Positions 55,922 through 59,200 of a stretch of 59,200 nt of DNA are shown piece after piece (positions within the stretch are counted from its first letter, which is position 1; each line of letters starts with the position of its first letter). Below the pieces are notes generated by a model. It saw only the letters and a list, made by a program, of their open reading frames with translations. It was not told the origin of the DNA and ran no database searches. The DNA lies in the IMG/VR virus record IMGVR_UViG_3300025018_002313; one strand, given 5' to 3'. The stretch is from a virus. The position numbers and the translations under genes are program-made.

Positions 55922-57037
55922 ATGCCTAATACAAGTAGTAGTGTCTTCGGGCACGGTAGACCACCACAAGGACCTGATCCAACATCTCATGCAACATTAT
56001 CCCGTCTTAATAGACCAGTTGAAGCAACTCATCTTGGACAGACTGTTGAGTATAAAACAGAATACGATCCCTCTTTACTAGTTGCAGTACCTAGACAAGA
56101 GAATCGAACAGGACTAGGAATTACTCTCGATAGTCTTCCATTTGTCGGGTACGATGTATGGAACGCATATGAAGTAAGTTGTTTGACGTTATATGGTGTC
56201 CCTTGTGTATTCATCGTTAAGATTATGTATCCCGCAGATAGTCCATCTATTGTGGAAAGTAAATCACTAAAACTATATCTTAACTCATTTAATATGTCAA
56301 AGGTTGGAATAAATCTTGAGGAAACTATAATGTTTCTACGTGCAAAGATTCGAGATGATCTTTCAAATCTGCTCGAAACGAAAGTACATGTACAATTATT
56401 TGATCCACTATTTAATGCCTCATCTCTTACTCCTCCTGGTAACTGCTTAAATAATCTACTATACAGCGACGAGTCAGAAGATTTGCAAGAAATTGTTTAT
56501 ACTGAAAATCCAAATCTTATTAAAACAGTTGAATATACTGATTTTGAGAAATACGAGTTCGAAGATAAATCTGATCCAACGCTTATTCCACAGGCTATTG
56601 AATTAATGGAAAACTGGGATACCGACAAAGAAATTCCTGAGCCACAAAAAGGGTTGGTTATGTCTCAAAAACTGTATGAAGTAGAATACACAGACCTACT
56701 TCGCAGTAACTGTAAAGTCACTCATCAACCAGACTGGGGAACAATTGTAATAGCCTATAAAGGTAAAAAGAAACTCAATCGTAAGTCACTATTGAAGTAT
56801 ATAATTTCGTTTAGAAACGAAAATCATTTTCATGAAGAGATATGTGAAGCCGTATTTACGACCCTAAAAAATAATACAGAGCTGGAAGCAGAAGAACTTC
56901 TTGTTGCATGTTTCTACACAAGACGGGGCGGTATTGATATTAATCCTATTCGTGCAACGAGCAGCAAAATGATTAATATCTTCTTTAAGGACTATATAAA
57001 CATTAACAAGCTAAGCCCGAAAGCCACAAGACAGTAA
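55922..57037 (+). CDS. queF: NADPH-dependent 7-cyano-7-deazaguanine reductase QueF (type II, YqcD-like), with an N-terminal extension and an internal insertion
   Basis: 371 aa. SLLVAVPR, ESKSLKLYLNSFN, HQPDWGT and RRGGIDINP match E. coli QueF SLLQGVPR, ESKSFKLYLNSFN, HQPDWGS and RRGGLDINP. The catalytic Cys lies in PGNCLNN. Confidence 0.85.
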   Translation: MPNTSSSVFGHGRPPQGPDPTSHATLSRLNRPVEATHLGQTVEYKTEYDPSLLVAVPRQENRTGLGITLDSLPFVGYDVWNAYEVSCLTLYGVPCVFIVKIMYPADSPSIVESKSLKLYLNSFNMSKVGINLEETIMFLRAKIRDDLSNLLETKVHVQLFDPLFNASSLTPPGNCLNNLLYSDESEDLQEIVYTENPNLIKTVEYTDFEKYEFEDKSDPTLIPQAIELMENWDTDKEIPEPQKGLVMSQKLYEVEYTDLLRSNCKVTHQPDWGTIVIAYKGKKKLNRKSLLKYIISFRNENHFHEEICEAVFTTLKNNTELEAEELLVACFYTRRGGIDINPIRATSSKMINIFFKDYININKLSPKATRQ

Positions 57038-58392
57038 TGAGCAATGAAACTGATCGAGATTTAGATTGGTCATTCTTCGAATATGTTATTGCTTATAATT
57101 GTACATTTGAAGAGACTTTTACCGCGTCAATTTATGGAGCACTAAAATTAAAATATATTTCAAATACTAATATTCGGCAGTATCTAGGTATTATTTTTGA
57201 CTTCTATAAACAACACAGTGCTCTACCAAATGCTACAGAAATAAAAACATATCTAAAGGATGACGACCTTAAAAGTGCATACAAAGATGTTGTAATGCAA
57301 TTTAAGACTCTTGATTCTTCTTACAATCAAGAAGAACTACTGAAGAACACAGAACGGTTTCTAAAAGAAAGAGCAGTATACTATGCAGTAAAGGATACTG
57401 TAGATGAGGTGTCCTCGAAATCAGATATTGATACTTCACTTATTTATAATCGATTTGAACAAGCTTGTGGTTTAACATTAATTGATGATTTAGGGTTCGA
57501 TTATTTTAACGAAATAGACCGACATATAATAGATCTTCAAACAATTGACCGTCATATATCAACTGGATTTACATGGCTCGATCAAAATCTTGGTGGTGGG
57601 TTACTTGAAGGTGGTAGAGCATTATATGCATTTAGTGGTGCTACAAATTCAGGTAAATCAATTGTCCTTGGTAACGTTACAGGTAATATAGTTTCACAGA
57701 ATCGTACTGTGGTTGTAATCACATTAGAAATGCCTGAAATGATTTATGCAAAACGAATCAGCAGTAAATTTACTAATATTCCACTAGGACAACTTAAACA
57801 AGAAGCCGATCAACTCAAAAATTATGTTATTAACTTTTCAAAGAAAAATTCAGGTGCAAGACTTATATTAAAAGAGTTCCCACCGAATAGTGTAAACGCA
57901 AATAATATTAAAGCTTATCTAACGAAACTTGTACAAAAATACGGTATAAGAATTGATGCGGTCGTTGTTGATTACTTAACACTCCTACAATCAATTATAG
58001 TAACCGGTAGTTTATATGCAGACGGTAAAGCAGTTGCAGAGCAGATTAGAGCTTTAAGTTATCCATTACATTTTGGTTGTCCGTTTGTTACTGCATTGCA
58101 AGCCAATCGTAACGCGTACGATGAAGCAAACCCGAGTATTGATACAACCGGTGAAAGTATTGGTATTCCTCAGACAGTAGATTTTCAAGCTTCTATTTGG
58201 TCCTCTGAAGCAGAAAAAGAGCTCGGAGTCATTAATATGGGACTTCAAAAAAGTAGATTTGGTCCGTGCCACGGTAAACGTGCATTTAGAATTGATTACG
58301 ACACATTAGTTATTACAGAGATGGAAGATGCATTTGGAAACACTGACGAACTACGTAGTATTGACACTGCATTAGACCAGTTAAGAAGTTGA
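57037..58392 (+). CDS. gp41: DnaB-family replicative helicase, T4 gp41-like
   Basis: 451 aa. Walker A GATNSGKS, Walker B VVVDYLTLLQ, and an arginine-finger region QANRNAYDE. Its ATG overlaps the queF stop. Confidence 0.7.
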   Translation: MSNETDRDLDWSFFEYVIAYNCTFEETFTASIYGALKLKYISNTNIRQYLGIIFDFYKQHSALPNATEIKTYLKDDDLKSAYKDVVMQFKTLDSSYNQEELLKNTERFLKERAVYYAVKDTVDEVSSKSDIDTSLIYNRFEQACGLTLIDDLGFDYFNEIDRHIIDLQTIDRHISTGFTWLDQNLGGGLLEGGRALYAFSGATNSGKSIVLGNVTGNIVSQNRTVVVITLEMPEMIYAKRISSKFTNIPLGQLKQEADQLKNYVINFSKKNSGARLILKEFPPNSVNANNIKAYLTKLVQKYGIRIDAVVVDYLTLLQSIIVTGSLYADGKAVAEQIRALSYPLHFGCPFVTALQANRNAYDEANPSIDTTGESIGIPQTVDFQASIWSSEAEKELGVINMGLQKSRFGPCHGKRAFRIDYDTLVITEMEDAFGNTDELRSIDTALDQLRS

Positions 58393-58420
58393 TTATTTTA
58401 GAGAGCTAATAAATATTATT

Positions 58421-59200
58421 ATGAAAAATATATTCGTATGGACACATCATGACTTGGATGGACTTGCAAGCTGTCTAGCAATCAAGTGGTTTCATCCTGG
58501 GTGTAAATTTGATTATATACCAACTACAGGATATACTTTCCGCAGAGATTTTACGCAGTGGTTGTTAAAGAATCGCATTAGTGATTTTGATACAGTTTAT
58601 ATTGTCGACCTAGATATAAGCGAGAATCAGGATCTAGTAGATGAAGAGAATGTAGTCATTATTGATCACCATTCAACTCATGTTAATAATGCTTCCTATG
58701 AATTTGCAACAAATACGGTAATTGAGTATTCATCTGCGGCAAAACTGATTTATAAGCTTTATAAAACAAAAACAAACATTGAACTAACAACACCACAAAA
58801 AACACTAATCGCACTCGCAGATGATTATGATTCATATAACCACGAGGTTGAAGATTCAATAATTCTCAACTCGGTTTTCTTTGCAACAACAAATAACTTC
58901 AAAACATTTATGTCGTTGTATGAGAAAGGGGTTACAGGGTTTACTCAACAGCAATTAAATATATATAACATTTATCAGAGAGATCTAAAGCAGACTATTA
59001 ATGATCTCAAATATTTTGAAAATAAAAAGTTAAAAATAGGTAAAAATTCATATCATATAATAGCAACATCTGCAACGGGATTCATAAATAATATTGCGGA
59101 TCATATTTTAGATAATTATAGCCCTGATATAGCTATCGTTGTTAATCCGAAAACAAAACATGTTAGCTTTCGCCGTAACACAAAAGTCGATTTGGATCTT
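58421..59200 (+). CDS. DHH-family phosphoesterase (RecJ/NrnA-like), partial; the ORF runs off the right edge of the window
   Basis: Manual translation MKNIFVWTHHDLDGLASCLAI...VVIIDHHSTH with DHH motifs I (HHDLDG) and III (DHH). No stop codon before position 59200. Confidence 0.5.
   Translation, partial: MKNIFVWTHHDLDGLASCLAIKWFHPGCKFDYIPTTGYTFRRDFTQWLLKNRISDFDTVYIVDLDISENQDLVDEENVVIIDHHSTHVNNASYEFATNTVIEYSSAAKLIYKLYKTKTNIELTTPQKTLIALADDYDSYNHEVEDSIILNSVFFATTNNFKTFMSLYEKGVTGFTQQQLNIYNIYQRDLKQTINDLKYFENKKLKIGKNSYHIIATSATGFINNIADHILDNYSPDIAIVVNPKTKHVSFRRNTKVDLDL

Overview
This AT-rich window of about 59 kb is densely coding and reads as a large virulent phage with a T4-type core gene set. The T4 assignments rest on remembered motifs matching gp20, gp55, gp46, gp47, UvsX, gp41 and gp61. 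The region from position 1 to 30158 is transcribed leftward. It carries a partial FG-GAP repeat virion protein, the portal, putative neck/tail completion proteins, a DinG/XPD-like helicase, two homing-endonuclease-like genes, a GroES/gp31-like protein, NADAR, queC, an RNA ligase, a P-loop kinase, two repeat-rich paralogs and many hypothetical proteins. A short divergent intergenic region at 30159..30241 separates this from a rightward-transcribed block running from 30242 to the end of the window. That block holds a UvsW-like helicase, the gp55 late sigma factor and gp47. An 11-kb accessory island follows, with glycosyltransferases, a sulfotransferase, methyltransferases, a WbqC-like gene, a NodB-like gene, guaC, rmlB and an rmlD-like gene. 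After it come gp46, a GT-B glycosyltransferase-like gene, an orphan ABC-type ATPase, a family-B DNA polymerase, UvsX, then a second insert, then the gp41-like DnaB helicase and a partial DHH phosphoesterase. The second insert encodes a TGT/DpdA-like protein, a PurN-like formyltransferase, a P-loop kinase paralog and queF. The finding most worth follow-up is a phage 7-deazaguanine DNA modification system (queC, queF, DpdA-like, plus a formyltransferase that suggests N-formyl-dPreQ1) sitting beside a sulfated deoxyhexose-glycan biosynthesis island, both inserted at T4 modification-gene hot spots. T4-late-promoter-like TATAAATA motifs lie upstream of several leftward genes, consistent with the encoded gp55. 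No CRISPR array, rRNA or intact tRNA was seen; there is one degenerate tRNA-like remnant. All similarity calls are from motif recognition by eye and have not been checked against any database.
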